From NCBI RefSeq assembly GCF_000341395.1, contig NC_020304.1, positions 180,001-212,000 of the forward strand: a stretch of 32,000 nucleotides of DNA, written 5' to 3'. The notes under the pieces are model-generated. The model made no database searches. It was not told the DNA's origin and saw nothing but the letters and a program-made list of their open reading frames with translations. This stretch comes from Desulfocapsa sulfexigens DSM 10523. Its GTDB lineage: Bacteria; Desulfobacterota; Desulfobulbia; Desulfobulbales; Desulfocapsaceae. Both the position numbers and the translations under genes were made by a program. Of the stretch, positions 9,373 to 18,897 are shown piece by piece (position 1 is the stretch's first letter; each line of letters begins with the position of its first letter).

Positions 9373-11379
9373 ATGACAGAGATAAAAAGAACTATTTGCC
9401 CACTCGACTGCCCGGACAGTTGCGGAATTGACGCTACGGTTAAAAACGGAAGGATCGTTAAGCTTAACGGCGCCAAGGATCATCCGATCACTGCCGGTTT
9501 TATCTGTCGTAAGATGCAGCGCTATCACCACCGGATCCACTCCGAACAACGGATTCTCTACCCTCAGAAAAGAATCGGCCAGAAGGGCAAAGGACAGTTT
9601 ACAAGAATCAGCTGGGAGGAGGCCTGGGAGATTCTGGTCAACCGACTGACGGCAATACAAAGCGAATATGGCGGAGAGGCATTACTGCCTTATTCCTACG
9701 CCGGGAATATGGGGCTGATTAACCGCTGGGCAGGATATCCGTTTTTTCACCGCTTTGGCGCCTCTCAACTGGATCACACAATCTGTTCCGCTGCAGCAGA
9801 AGCCGGATGGAACAGACACTGCGACGGCATCTCGGGAAGCCCTCCGGAAACAGTCGTAGATGCCGACCTGGTGATTATCTGGGGAATAAATCTCAAGGTC
9901 ACCAATGTCCACTGCTGGCCATTTATCCAGAAGGCCCTTCGCAGGGGAGCAAAACTTGTCGTCGTCGATCCCTACAGAACCGCCACCGCCCACGCTGCAG
10001 ATTACTATTTCCCTGTAACACCTGGGGGTGACACGGCCCTGGCTCTTGGTGCTGTAAAACAGCTCCTTGAAAACAATGGAATTGATTCCAGTTTTATCCA
10101 ATCGGAAACTGAAAATTTCCATGATCTTGTGGCCTACCTCAATACGATCTCATGGGAGACTATCTGCGACCAATCGGGACTTGACCGCGATACAATAGGA
10201 CAATTCGCAAATTTGATCCAGGCGCACCCCAAAACATTCATCCGTATAGGGATAGGCCTAACGCGTAACAGCAGAGGTGCCATGTCCGTACAGGGGATAA
10301 CCTGTCTTGCGGCGGTAAGGGGCCTCTTTGACGGCTCACCGGGAAAGGGCGTTTTATTATTCAGTCGGGGGTTCAGGGGGGACTCGGCAAGACTCACCTA
10401 CCCCTCCCTTGCACCATTGCCAACCCGTAAGATAAACATGGTCCAGCTGGGAGAAGCTTTAACGGTGCTGCAGCCACCTGTTAAGGCATTGATGGTCTAC
10501 TCCAGTAATCCGCTGAGCGTCGCTCCGGACGCCTCAATGGTGCGAAGAGGCTTGTCCCGTTCCGATCTCTTTTGCATCGTCCATGAACAGGTTATGACAC
10601 CCACCGCCCGATATGCCGATCTGTTATTACCGGCAACAACTTCCTTTGAGAATAGTGATCTGTACGGATCCTATGGCCATTTCTACATGGGAAAAGTAGA
10701 TCCTGTCCTACCGCCACAGGGAGAATCCATCAGTAACTTTGACCTCTTTCAGTCCCTGGCCCGGAGGATGGGATACACCGATGCACCCTTCAGGCAAACA
10801 ATTGATGAACGTATCCTGGACTACCTCTCAACCATTGATGGTATCTCCGTCACCGACCCTGAAGCCGGTACCTGGATCCATTCCAGTTACGGAAAGTCAG
10901 GAGAATCACTGTTTGGCCGGGAGAAGAAAAAATTCCAGTTTGCACCACTCTCAGTCCTCAAGGAAAAGAATGTTGCACGATTATTAGCAGCAACGGAGGC
11001 TGAGGATCCCGATCTCAGATCACGCTACCCGTTTTTATTGATCACACCGCCTAATACGAATTTGCTGAACAGTACATTCGGAGAGCAATATCCCGGAGAA
11101 ACCGGCACGGTTCTGATTCATCCCGATGATGCAGGAATACATGGTGTTAGCAACGGCAAGAAACTTACCCTCTCCAATGGACGCGGCGAAGTTACCAGAA
11201 TCGCGGCAATAAGCAGAGACACTCAGTCAGGACTGCTGGTCGCAGAGGGAATTTATTGGGAATCCGAAAGTGTAACGGGTGGAATTAATGATTTAACATC
11301 CCAGAAACTGACGGATAGTGGCGGTGGTGGAATATTTCATGAATCCCGTGTTTCCCTCCGCACAGATACCAACACATGA
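9373..11379 (+). CDS. Molybdopterin-dependent oxidoreductase (Mo/W-bis-MGD, formate dehydrogenase/DMSO reductase superfamily)
   Basis: N-terminal 4Fe-4S motif CPLDCPDSCGIDATVKNGRIVKLNG...GFICRKM and domains VIIWGINLKVTN, LLLPATTSFENSDLY and NSDPYG-like C-terminal dinucleotide-binding region. Confidence 0.9.
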   Translation: MTEIKRTICPLDCPDSCGIDATVKNGRIVKLNGAKDHPITAGFICRKMQRYHHRIHSEQRILYPQKRIGQKGKGQFTRISWEEAWEILVNRLTAIQSEYGGEALLPYSYAGNMGLINRWAGYPFFHRFGASQLDHTICSAAAEAGWNRHCDGISGSPPETVVDADLVIIWGINLKVTNVHCWPFIQKALRRGAKLVVVDPYRTATAHAADYYFPVTPGGDTALALGAVKQLLENNGIDSSFIQSETENFHDLVAYLNTISWETICDQSGLDRDTIGQFANLIQAHPKTFIRIGIGLTRNSRGAMSVQGITCLAAVRGLFDGSPGKGVLLFSRGFRGDSARLTYPSLAPLPTRKINMVQLGEALTVLQPPVKALMVYSSNPLSVAPDASMVRRGLSRSDLFCIVHEQVMTPTARYADLLLPATTSFENSDLYGSYGHFYMGKVDPVLPPQGESISNFDLFQSLARRMGYTDAPFRQTIDERILDYLSTIDGISVTDPEAGTWIHSSYGKSGESLFGREKKKFQFAPLSVLKEKNVARLLAATEAEDPDLRSRYPFLLITPPNTNLLNSTFGEQYPGETGTVLIHPDDAGIHGVSNGKKLTLSNGRGEVTRIAAISRDTQSGLLVAEGIYWESESVTGGINDLTSQKLTDSGGGGIFHESRVSLRTDTNT

Positions 11380-12209
11380 AAAAAACATCCAACAGGTTCC
11401 TGTTCTCCCAGGCGGATAAACTGGCGCTACTTGCCTTTCTTATCACAATTCCACTCCTTGCAATGGGAAGTGCACTAGCCCCAACACCTCTTATTCTCTA
11501 CCTCCTGCTCTGTGTATCTGCCCCATTTTTCCCGCAATGGGGTTTTTTTCTTCCTATAATAAGCAGGAGTATCAGCGGAAGCAGAGCGGTTGCCCTCACC
11601 TTCGACGATGGCCCCTCACCGGTAACCACTCCAATCATTTTAGATTTACTAAAAGAATATGACTTCAAGGCCACCTTTTTTGTAATTGGAAAAAAGGCCG
11701 AGAGATATCCAGAGCAGATAAAAGCTATTCTTGCAGCAGGTCACACCATTGGAAACCACTCATGGCAGCATGACAATCTGCTGATGCTGAGAACAAAAAA
11801 ACGACTGGGAGAGGATATCAGGAAAACCCAGGAAATTCTAAAAACCTATGGCATCCACCCTCTGCTCTTCAGACCGCCTGCAGGAGCCACAAATCCTCGA
11901 CTCCAATCGGTACTGCTTACCGAAGGCCTCCAAACCGTCACCTTCAGCTGTCGTCCTTTCGATCGTGGAAACAGGAAAATCACCAATCTTGCCGAACGCA
12001 TCAGCAGCAAACTTAAACCCGGCGACATTATCCTTCTTCATGATCTTGAGCCGCAAAATGCTGAGCTGACAGACACCTGGGAAAAGGAACTCAATATCCT
12101 GTTTTCCTATCTCAAAAAGAGCATTTATAAAGTAGAACCACTTGCAAAACTTATTCATTCGGAGGTAATGCTTGGCATTCCCCCTGCGAGTAGAAAGAGA
12201 AAAAAATAA
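11376..12209 (+). CDS. Membrane-anchored polysaccharide deacetylase (NodB homology domain)
   Basis: VALTFDDGPSPVTTPIILDLL, KATFFVIGKKAE, HTIGNHSWQHDNL and FRPPAGATNP. N-terminal hydrophobic segments. ATGA overlap with the upstream gene. Confidence 0.9.
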   Translation: MKKTSNRFLFSQADKLALLAFLITIPLLAMGSALAPTPLILYLLLCVSAPFFPQWGFFLPIISRSISGSRAVALTFDDGPSPVTTPIILDLLKEYDFKATFFVIGKKAERYPEQIKAILAAGHTIGNHSWQHDNLLMLRTKKRLGEDIRKTQEILKTYGIHPLLFRPPAGATNPRLQSVLLTEGLQTVTFSCRPFDRGNRKITNLAERISSKLKPGDIILLHDLEPQNAELTDTWEKELNILFSYLKKSIYKVEPLAKLIHSEVMLGIPPASRKRKK

Positions 12210-12271
12210 GGACCAGGAAGGAGAAAGGACTGTTTTTTTAGCAGACAAGCATCAAACCAATTATAACTGCC

Positions 12272-13495
12272 CTATATTTTTTTGAAAAAAGCCCTGCCAC
12301 AGGGTTTCCCGTCGAGATAGACAGCCTCAAGGCAGGAAAGTTTTCTGGGAAGCATTGCAGGTGTTGCCCGGGCAACTATAAAGTGGGCAGGCCTCCCCTT
12401 GGCAATAGGTCCGATCTCGTCAATGCCAAGGAGTTGGGTACCGTTGCCGGAAGCGGACTGTATTGCTTCAACCAGGGAATACCCAGCACTTATAAGAAGT
12501 CTTATCTCTTCGACAACGGACTCTCCGTGGATAACACCACGGCAGCCGGCATCTGTCCCAAGAGCAATTTTCACTCCGTATTGATGCGCCCTGCCTATCT
12601 GTTCCAACTGGTGATTCAGAGTTTTCACGATTACATCTTTTTTGCATCGTCCATCATCGAGTAAGTCCCAGTTATCAAGAATAGCTTTCATGGTGATGGC
12701 TGTTGGCACCCAGGTGATTTCCTTCTCAGCCATTCGCTTCAGGTTTTCCTCCCCCATGAAAAAACCGTGTTCAAGAGAATCACAGCCGCCATCCAATGCT
12801 ATACGGACGGGCTCCCGGCCATTGGCGTGAACCATCAGTTTCTTCCCCTTCTCTCTGGTAATGGCCGCTATCTGCTGTATCTCTTCTACGGAAAACTGGG
12901 GTTCTGTTTCACGGGCGAATTCCGTGAAACTGTTCAGGCCGGAGTTGATCATTTTTATATGATCAACGGAATCTATCCTTCTAGCCACCGCAGTTCCAAT
13001 GCTCTCTCCTTCTCCAGAATGGTCCCCGATAAAAGCGCCATAGCGGCCATCCCGATACCACGCCGGGCCGGGACTCTTCACTATCACCGGAACCCGTGTG
13101 TCGCCTCCCTCGGTTTCCTCTGTATACCGCAGAACATCTCCATTAGAATCACCGCCATCGCGTACTGCCAGCACACCGTGTAAAAAAAGATAATGCAAAT
13201 GATCTTGAATGGATATGCGGCGATCCCGGTAGCCGGCTGTCAGCTGTCGTTGTCTCTTTCTCAAGTCAGTGGAACCCGACATGGCAAGATGGACATGGCA
13301 ATCAACCAGAGGAGGCAGGATGGTACAATGAGACAGATCGGTGATCAGGGGTGAATCGGGATGGTCACTGTCGCTAAAGTCATCAATCTCCACAAGAATG
13401 GAATCCTTCACCGTCACCAAAACATTTTCTCGAACCGGTCCACCACTGCCGTCAATCATCCAGCCGGCTTTAACATAGTGAATCCCTCCGGACAT
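12272..13495 (-). CDS. Amidohydrolase family protein
   Basis: ILPPLVDCHVHLAMSG (HxH), KLMVHANG, SLEHGF and KIALGTDAGCRG metal-binding motifs. The ORF can extend to an alternative start at 13516. Confidence 0.88.
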   Translation of the reverse strand: MSGGIHYVKAGWMIDGSGGPVRENVLVTVKDSILVEIDDFSDSDHPDSPLITDLSHCTILPPLVDCHVHLAMSGSTDLRKRQRQLTAGYRDRRISIQDHLHYLFLHGVLAVRDGGDSNGDVLRYTEETEGGDTRVPVIVKSPGPAWYRDGRYGAFIGDHSGEGESIGTAVARRIDSVDHIKMINSGLNSFTEFARETEPQFSVEEIQQIAAITREKGKKLMVHANGREPVRIALDGGCDSLEHGFFMGEENLKRMAEKEITWVPTAITMKAILDNWDLLDDGRCKKDVIVKTLNHQLEQIGRAHQYGVKIALGTDAGCRGVIHGESVVEEIRLLISAGYSLVEAIQSASGNGTQLLGIDEIGPIAKGRPAHFIVARATPAMLPRKLSCLEAVYLDGKPCGRAFFKKI

Positions 13496-13496
13496 A

Positions 13497-14087
13497 TCAG
13501 AGAATTTTTTGTCCAATCAGGTTTTCACCACGCCCGAGTTTAGCACCAAAATCATCTGCCAGTTGAAAATGGCCCTCATTGGGTCCAGACGAGCCAGGTA
13601 ACTGAACCGGAGCGTCAACCCCTCCAAGCCAGCGCATTCCAAGAAACTGAGCTGTGGCTTCAAGCGCCATCTGCACATTACGGGAACTATGCATGATATT
13701 CAGCCCTGAATGAGTGGATGCAACCGCCAACCCCTTACCGGCAAGATCCGACGAAAAGTCCGGATTTAAGGTATCCGACCAGCGATCGAGAAAAGTCTTC
13801 AGTTTACCGGAAAGTTGATACCAGTAAATGGGAGTGGCCAGCAGGATGATATCTGCACTCAATAACTTTTCTTTGAGCACCCCCATATCATCATCTCCCG
13901 CCTTGCTGAAATCATTTTGTAGAGCATCTCCAAAATAGTTCAGCCAGACATCCGTCACTGTATAATCATAAATATGCACCAGTTCCGTTGCCGCCCCCTG
14001 CTGTTCTGCTGCCCGAAGAACGCGATCCACCAGTGCCTTGCTGTTTCCATTTTTGTCTGGACTACCGTGTACTGAGAAGATTTTCAT
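13497..14087 (-). CDS. Flavodoxin-like / NADPH-dependent FMN reductase family protein
   Basis: MKIFSVHGSPDKNGNSKALVDRVL and ADIILLATPIYWYQLSGKLKTFLDR. Confidence 0.88.
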   Translation of the reverse strand: MKIFSVHGSPDKNGNSKALVDRVLRAAEQQGAATELVHIYDYTVTDVWLNYFGDALQNDFSKAGDDDMGVLKEKLLSADIILLATPIYWYQLSGKLKTFLDRWSDTLNPDFSSDLAGKGLAVASTHSGLNIMHSSRNVQMALEATAQFLGMRWLGGVDAPVQLPGSSGPNEGHFQLADDFGAKLGRGENLIGQKIL

Positions 14088-14308
14088 AGATTGCTCCTGT
14101 ATCGGTTAAGGTGAGTAAACTAAAACTGCCACGATCAAAACATTGCCACAATGTGGTGATTAGTCAATGTTCTTTTTTTAAACTCCGTTCTTTGACGATT
14201 GGCCACAAAGGCTTGATGATACTTTATGACCATGGTATTTAAGATAATTCTCTGTCCGAACAATTAGCCTCCACTGGCCACTACGAACAAAAACATCTTG
14301 GACACCCT

Positions 14309-15745
14309 ATGACGACAACACTCTACTGGCATGATTATGAAACCTGGGGTGCAGATCCCAGAAGAGACCGGCCTGCCCAATTTGCAGGCATCCGTACCGA
14401 TATCAATTTAAATATTATCGGCAAACCGATGATGAACTACTGTAAACCTGCACTCGATATGCTTCCCCAGCCAGAAGCCTGTCTCATTACAGGGATCACA
14501 CCCCAGACAGCCATGGAAGAAGGGCTCTGTGAAGCCGAATTCATGGCTGAGATTTATCATGAATTCATACAGCCAGGCACCTGTGGGGTTGGCTACAACA
14601 GCATTCGGTTTGATGATGAATTCACCCGCTACGGCCTCTATCGAAATTTTTACGACCCCTACGCCAGAGAATGGCGCAACGGGAATTCACGCTGGGACAT
14701 CATTGATATGCTCCGCCTTACCCGTGCGCTTCGTCCGGAAGGCATTGAATGGCCGACCAATGAAGAGGGCGTCACCAGCTTTCGCCTTGAGGATTTAACA
14801 CGGGCAAACAGTATCAGCCACGAAGGTGCCCATGATGCCCTTTCCGATGTCCACGCTACCATTGAGTTGGCACGGCTGATACGTACCCGTCAGCCGAAAC
14901 TCTATAATTATCTCTTTGATATGCGGGACAAGCGCAAAGTCGGAAGCAACTTAAATATCCAGGAGCAACTGGTTGTTCTCCATGTTTCCTCCATGTATCC
15001 TGCAAAACAGGGCTGCATCTCCCCTGTTATTCCCCTGGCCGCACACCCAATAAACAAAAACGGTATAATCGTCTACGATCTGCGCCACGACCCGTCCCCC
15101 CTCCTCACCCTGGCAGTGGATGAAATCAAGAAACGTTTATTCACCAGAAGCGAAGATCTACCCGAGGGAGTGGAGCGTATCCCACTAAAAACCATCCATC
15201 TTAACAAAAGCCCGGTGGTGGTTCCAATGAGCACCCTGACCCCGGAAGCTGCAGAATGCTGGGGAATAAATCTTAAGAACATTGAAACACATGCAAAACA
15301 ACTCAGAGGGCTGCCAGATCTGAGCAGAAAGCTGCAACAGGTTCACGGGGATCAGCAATTTCCTCCCATTACGGATCCTGATCAGAATCTCTATGGTGGG
15401 GGTTTTTTCTCCGACAGAGATCGGGCTCTGATGGAAGATATTCATGATATGTCGATAAACGATCTGGCCAAAACCCGTATGAAGTTTGAGGATCCCCGTC
15501 TTTCAGAGATGCTGTTCCGCTACCGCGCCCGAAACTGGCCCCACTCCCTTTCCCAGGAAGAACGTGTCCGATGGAACACGTTTCGTCACAACCGTGTTAC
15601 CAATCCCGATGCCGACTGCGGAATCACCCTTTCAGAATACCGTAAACAACTGGCCAAAAAGGTGATGCAACCCGATGTAAAGGAGCGTGAGCGAAAAATT
15701 ATTTCAGCTCTGGCTGACTGGCCGACACTGCTTGGACTCTCGTAA
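14309..15745 (+). CDS. sbcB: Exodeoxyribonuclease I
   Basis: TLYWHDYETWGADPRRDRPAQFAGIRTD, GVGYNSIRFDDEFTRY and RWDIIDMLRLTRALRP match the ExoI DEDD exonuclease signature. Confidence 0.95.
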   Translation: MTTTLYWHDYETWGADPRRDRPAQFAGIRTDINLNIIGKPMMNYCKPALDMLPQPEACLITGITPQTAMEEGLCEAEFMAEIYHEFIQPGTCGVGYNSIRFDDEFTRYGLYRNFYDPYAREWRNGNSRWDIIDMLRLTRALRPEGIEWPTNEEGVTSFRLEDLTRANSISHEGAHDALSDVHATIELARLIRTRQPKLYNYLFDMRDKRKVGSNLNIQEQLVVLHVSSMYPAKQGCISPVIPLAAHPINKNGIIVYDLRHDPSPLLTLAVDEIKKRLFTRSEDLPEGVERIPLKTIHLNKSPVVVPMSTLTPEAAECWGINLKNIETHAKQLRGLPDLSRKLQQVHGDQQFPPITDPDQNLYGGGFFSDRDRALMEDIHDMSINDLAKTRMKFEDPRLSEMLFRYRARNWPHSLSQEERVRWNTFRHNRVTNPDADCGITLSEYRKQLAKKVMQPDVKERERKIISALADWPTLLGLS

Positions 15746-15779
15746 GAATTCCCACCTCAATCCGGGTCTGGGATATTCC

Positions 15780-16826
15780 TTAAAGGTGACCAAGCAGGGT
15801 ATAAATCATCTGCTGCCCCTTCCCCTTCATCTCAACCTCTTTTCCATTACTCAGGAGGAAACTGTCCTTCAGCAGTTCATAGCTTGCACTGGAGACATTT
15901 ATCTGCAAAGGCTGAGCAGATTTTTCTACTCGGGCAGCGATATTAACAGTATCACCAAAAATATCGTAGAGGTACTTCTCTGTTCCGACAACTCCGCCCA
16001 CCAATGGGCCGCTACTGATGCCGACACGAATCTCCCAGGAAATGCCAACCCTCCGGTTTCGTTCCTTAAGAAACTCAACCATTTTCAGCGCCGCCCTGGC
16101 AACATTCACCGCATGATCCGGATCCGGCGTGGGTACCCCGCTCACAAAAAGATAGGCGTCCCCTATGGTCTTCATCCGCTCACAATTTCCAGCATGGGTA
16201 ATCTTATCAAAAGCAGTGAAAATTTCATTGAGTTCACGAATAATCACCCCCGGGGAAAGCTCCGATGAAGCTGAGGTAAAATCAACAATATCAGCAAAAC
16301 AGACCGTGGTATCGGTGAAGAGTTGTGGGGCGTAGCCTCCCGTGGCTAAAAGTTCCTGCACAACAGATTCCGGAAGGACATGTCCCAGCAAACGCTCTGT
16401 TTTCAGTTTCTCAACAATCAGCTGCTGATTTTTTTCCTCAAGTTCATCCTGAAGATGTTGAATTCTAAGATGTGTGCGAACCCTGAGCAACACCTCCGAG
16501 GGCTGAAAGGGCTTGGTAATATAGTCGATCCCTCCCGCCTCAAACCCTTCGACCTTATCCCTGGGAGAGTCAAGAGTACTGATAAAAATGATAGGAATAT
16601 TCTTTGTACGATGATCTCCCTTCAACTGCCTGCAGACCTTATACCCATCAATCTCCGGCAGAATAATATCGAGCAAAATGAGATCGGGTAGATATTCCTG
16701 GGCGTGCTCAATTCCAATTTCACCAGAATCAGCTGTGAGAACGGTATAATCCTGTTTTTCAAGGAGCTTGGCCAAAAGCCTCTGCATAACAGGAGAATCT
16801 TCGACAATCAGTATGGTTTTCAGCAT
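15780..16826 (-). CDS. Response regulator with class III adenylate/guanylate cyclase domain
   Basis: REC domain (ILIVEDSPVMQRLL, DLILLDIILPEIDGY), then cyclase motifs FADIVDFTSASSELSP, MKTIGDAYLFVSG and GDTVNIAARVEK. Confidence 0.93.
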   Translation of the reverse strand: MLKTILIVEDSPVMQRLLAKLLEKQDYTVLTADSGEIGIEHAQEYLPDLILLDIILPEIDGYKVCRQLKGDHRTKNIPIIFISTLDSPRDKVEGFEAGGIDYITKPFQPSEVLLRVRTHLRIQHLQDELEEKNQQLIVEKLKTERLLGHVLPESVVQELLATGGYAPQLFTDTTVCFADIVDFTSASSELSPGVIIRELNEIFTAFDKITHAGNCERMKTIGDAYLFVSGVPTPDPDHAVNVARAALKMVEFLKERNRRVGISWEIRVGISSGPLVGGVVGTEKYLYDIFGDTVNIAARVEKSAQPLQINVSSASYELLKDSFLLSNGKEVEMKGKGQQMIYTLLGHL

Positions 16827-17167
16827 ACAGTTACGTTCAGGAAAGTTAACGTTAGACTGTCCATCATCGATGCACAGAAAATCACTATTTCACCATTAAC
16901 AGTATCAGGGAAACACTAGAAATACCACTATTTGCAGACAATTTTTTCTCACTTTTATCTTCAGCTTCAGAAATGGAGCAGCAAGAAAAGCGCTTAACCA
17001 ACCACAACAACTAAAATAATATTTTTTTTACTGAACACAGAGTACAAACAAGCCAATTCCAGACCTGCAGGAAAATGTCGCTTGGCGCAGAGGCAAATTA
17101 ATGCTTTAATGGGGTATAGTAGTTGTTTGTCAGGAACTATACATTTACCAGGAAATAATTCCACCAT

Positions 17168-18865
17168 ATGAAACTGCTCCTCCTCCAGGTTCTCTTTTTC
17201 GTAAAAAACGAAAAGGCGAAGAAAAACGTTTATCTTCTGACCCGTTTCCTCTTTTTTCTCACTTTTATCATTTCTCTGTACAGCGTCCTTTTCCACCTTA
17301 TCATGCTTTATGAAGGAAGGGATTTCAGCTGGATTACCGGTTTTTACTGGACGCTCACGGTCATGTCCACCCTGGGTTTTGGTGACATTACCTTCTCCAC
17401 CGATCTTGGGCTTCTCTTTACCCTCCTTGTTCTGATATCAGGAGTTATCCTGCTCCTGATCATGCTGCCATTCACCTTCATTCAATTCTTCTGGGCACCC
17501 TGGCTTGAGGCTCAGAATGAAACGCGTATTCCACGGATCCTGCCAAAAGAAACAAAAGAGCATGTCATCATACCGACCTTTGATGCTCTCACCAGAAACC
17601 TTGTGGAAAAGCTCAGGAAACATCTCTATGACTATTGTTTTGTTACCGCTGATCAACAACTGGCCCATGAGATACAGGACAGCGGATACAACGTTATTTT
17701 TGGAGAAATCGACGACCCGCAGACCTATGATAATATAAATGCCGACCAGGCTGCACTGGTAGTAACCACTGCCGACGACCTGATGAATACAAATATCTCA
17801 TTTACTGTACGAGAAGTCAGCAGTAAAGTCCCCATAGCCTGTAGCGCCGACCAGGAACACTCCCTGGATATCCTTAATTATCCTGGCAACATCCATGTGT
17901 TTCTGTTTATGAAGATGCTTGGCATCAATATGGCCGAAAAAACCATGCCCGTTGCAGGTACTCATATAATCGGCAGGTTTGAGGAACTGCGTGTTGGAGA
18001 GATCCCCGTCAGAGACACAGCCCTTGTCGGAAAAACGCTCGCCGAATCCCGACTCAGGAACGATCTTGGGATAACGGTTATCGGTATCCTGGAAAAGGGC
18101 AAGATATTGACTCCCGATCCCCAGGCAAAACTCTCTGTGACCAATATTCTCATCATTGCCGGGAGTGCCACAGAACTGGAAAATGCGGGAAAATATCTCG
18201 TGACACCACCCTCACAGCCACTCCCCAGACCAACCGTCCTTATCCTTGGTGGCGGCAGAGTTGGCGAAGCAGCTGCCGGATATTTAGAGGCAAAGAATGT
18301 CCCCTATATCATAATTGAGAAACGGCAAAACGTGGGAACAAATCACGATCATCACATCCATGGTGATGCGGCCGATATCAACACATTGCAAGAAGCTGGC
18401 ATCGACAAGGCATCGTCTGTAATCATCACCACCCATAATGATGCCATGAACATCTATCTCGCCTTTTACTGTCGGCAACTCAGGCCTGATATTCAAATTA
18501 TAAGCCGGGCTGGTGAAGAACGTACCGTATCCAAACTCTTCCGGGCGGGTGCAGACCTCGTGGATTCTTTCGCATCAATGGGAGCTACTGCCATAATGAA
18601 CATCCTCCACCCGACTGATACTTCCTTCTTTTCGGACGCGCTCAATGTCTTTCTAGTACCAACCCCTGAAGCATTTATAGGAAAGACATTGACCGAGCTC
18701 CGGATGCGGGAAAAAACGAGCTGCAGTCTGCTGGCGGTAAAAAACGAAGGATCATTCATGACAAATCCCGATCCGACAACAATTTTTGACGACAGTTACG
18801 AATTAATCCTGGCAGGATCAATTGAAGCAGAAGAACAGTTCCGCCGGGAATATCTGAAAAAATAA
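17168..18865 (+). CDS. Ion-channel protein with two TrkA-N/RCK-type domains
   Basis: Pore sequence TLTVMSTLGFGDITF, second Rossmann VLILGGGRVGEAAAGYL and a C-terminal TrkA-C-like segment. Confidence 0.85.
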   Translation: MKLLLLQVLFFVKNEKAKKNVYLLTRFLFFLTFIISLYSVLFHLIMLYEGRDFSWITGFYWTLTVMSTLGFGDITFSTDLGLLFTLLVLISGVILLLIMLPFTFIQFFWAPWLEAQNETRIPRILPKETKEHVIIPTFDALTRNLVEKLRKHLYDYCFVTADQQLAHEIQDSGYNVIFGEIDDPQTYDNINADQAALVVTTADDLMNTNISFTVREVSSKVPIACSADQEHSLDILNYPGNIHVFLFMKMLGINMAEKTMPVAGTHIIGRFEELRVGEIPVRDTALVGKTLAESRLRNDLGITVIGILEKGKILTPDPQAKLSVTNILIIAGSATELENAGKYLVTPPSQPLPRPTVLILGGGRVGEAAAGYLEAKNVPYIIIEKRQNVGTNHDHHIHGDAADINTLQEAGIDKASSVIITTHNDAMNIYLAFYCRQLRPDIQIISRAGEERTVSKLFRAGADLVDSFASMGATAIMNILHPTDTSFFSDALNVFLVPTPEAFIGKTLTELRMREKTSCSLLAVKNEGSFMTNPDPTTIFDDSYELILAGSIEAEEQFRREYLKK

Positions 18866-18897
18866 ATGGAGCCGTAATATTTGGCTGAACACAACTG

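Noticed and set aside
14150-14175. Short palindrome CCACAATGTGG upstream of sbcB
   Set aside because: An 11-nt imperfect-context palindrome can occur by chance. No second copy or link to a regulator was found.
15687-16268. 193-aa plus-strand ORF between sbcB and the cyclase gene
   Set aside because: It is antisense to the strongly supported REC-adenylate cyclase CDS, and its translation shows no domain signature.
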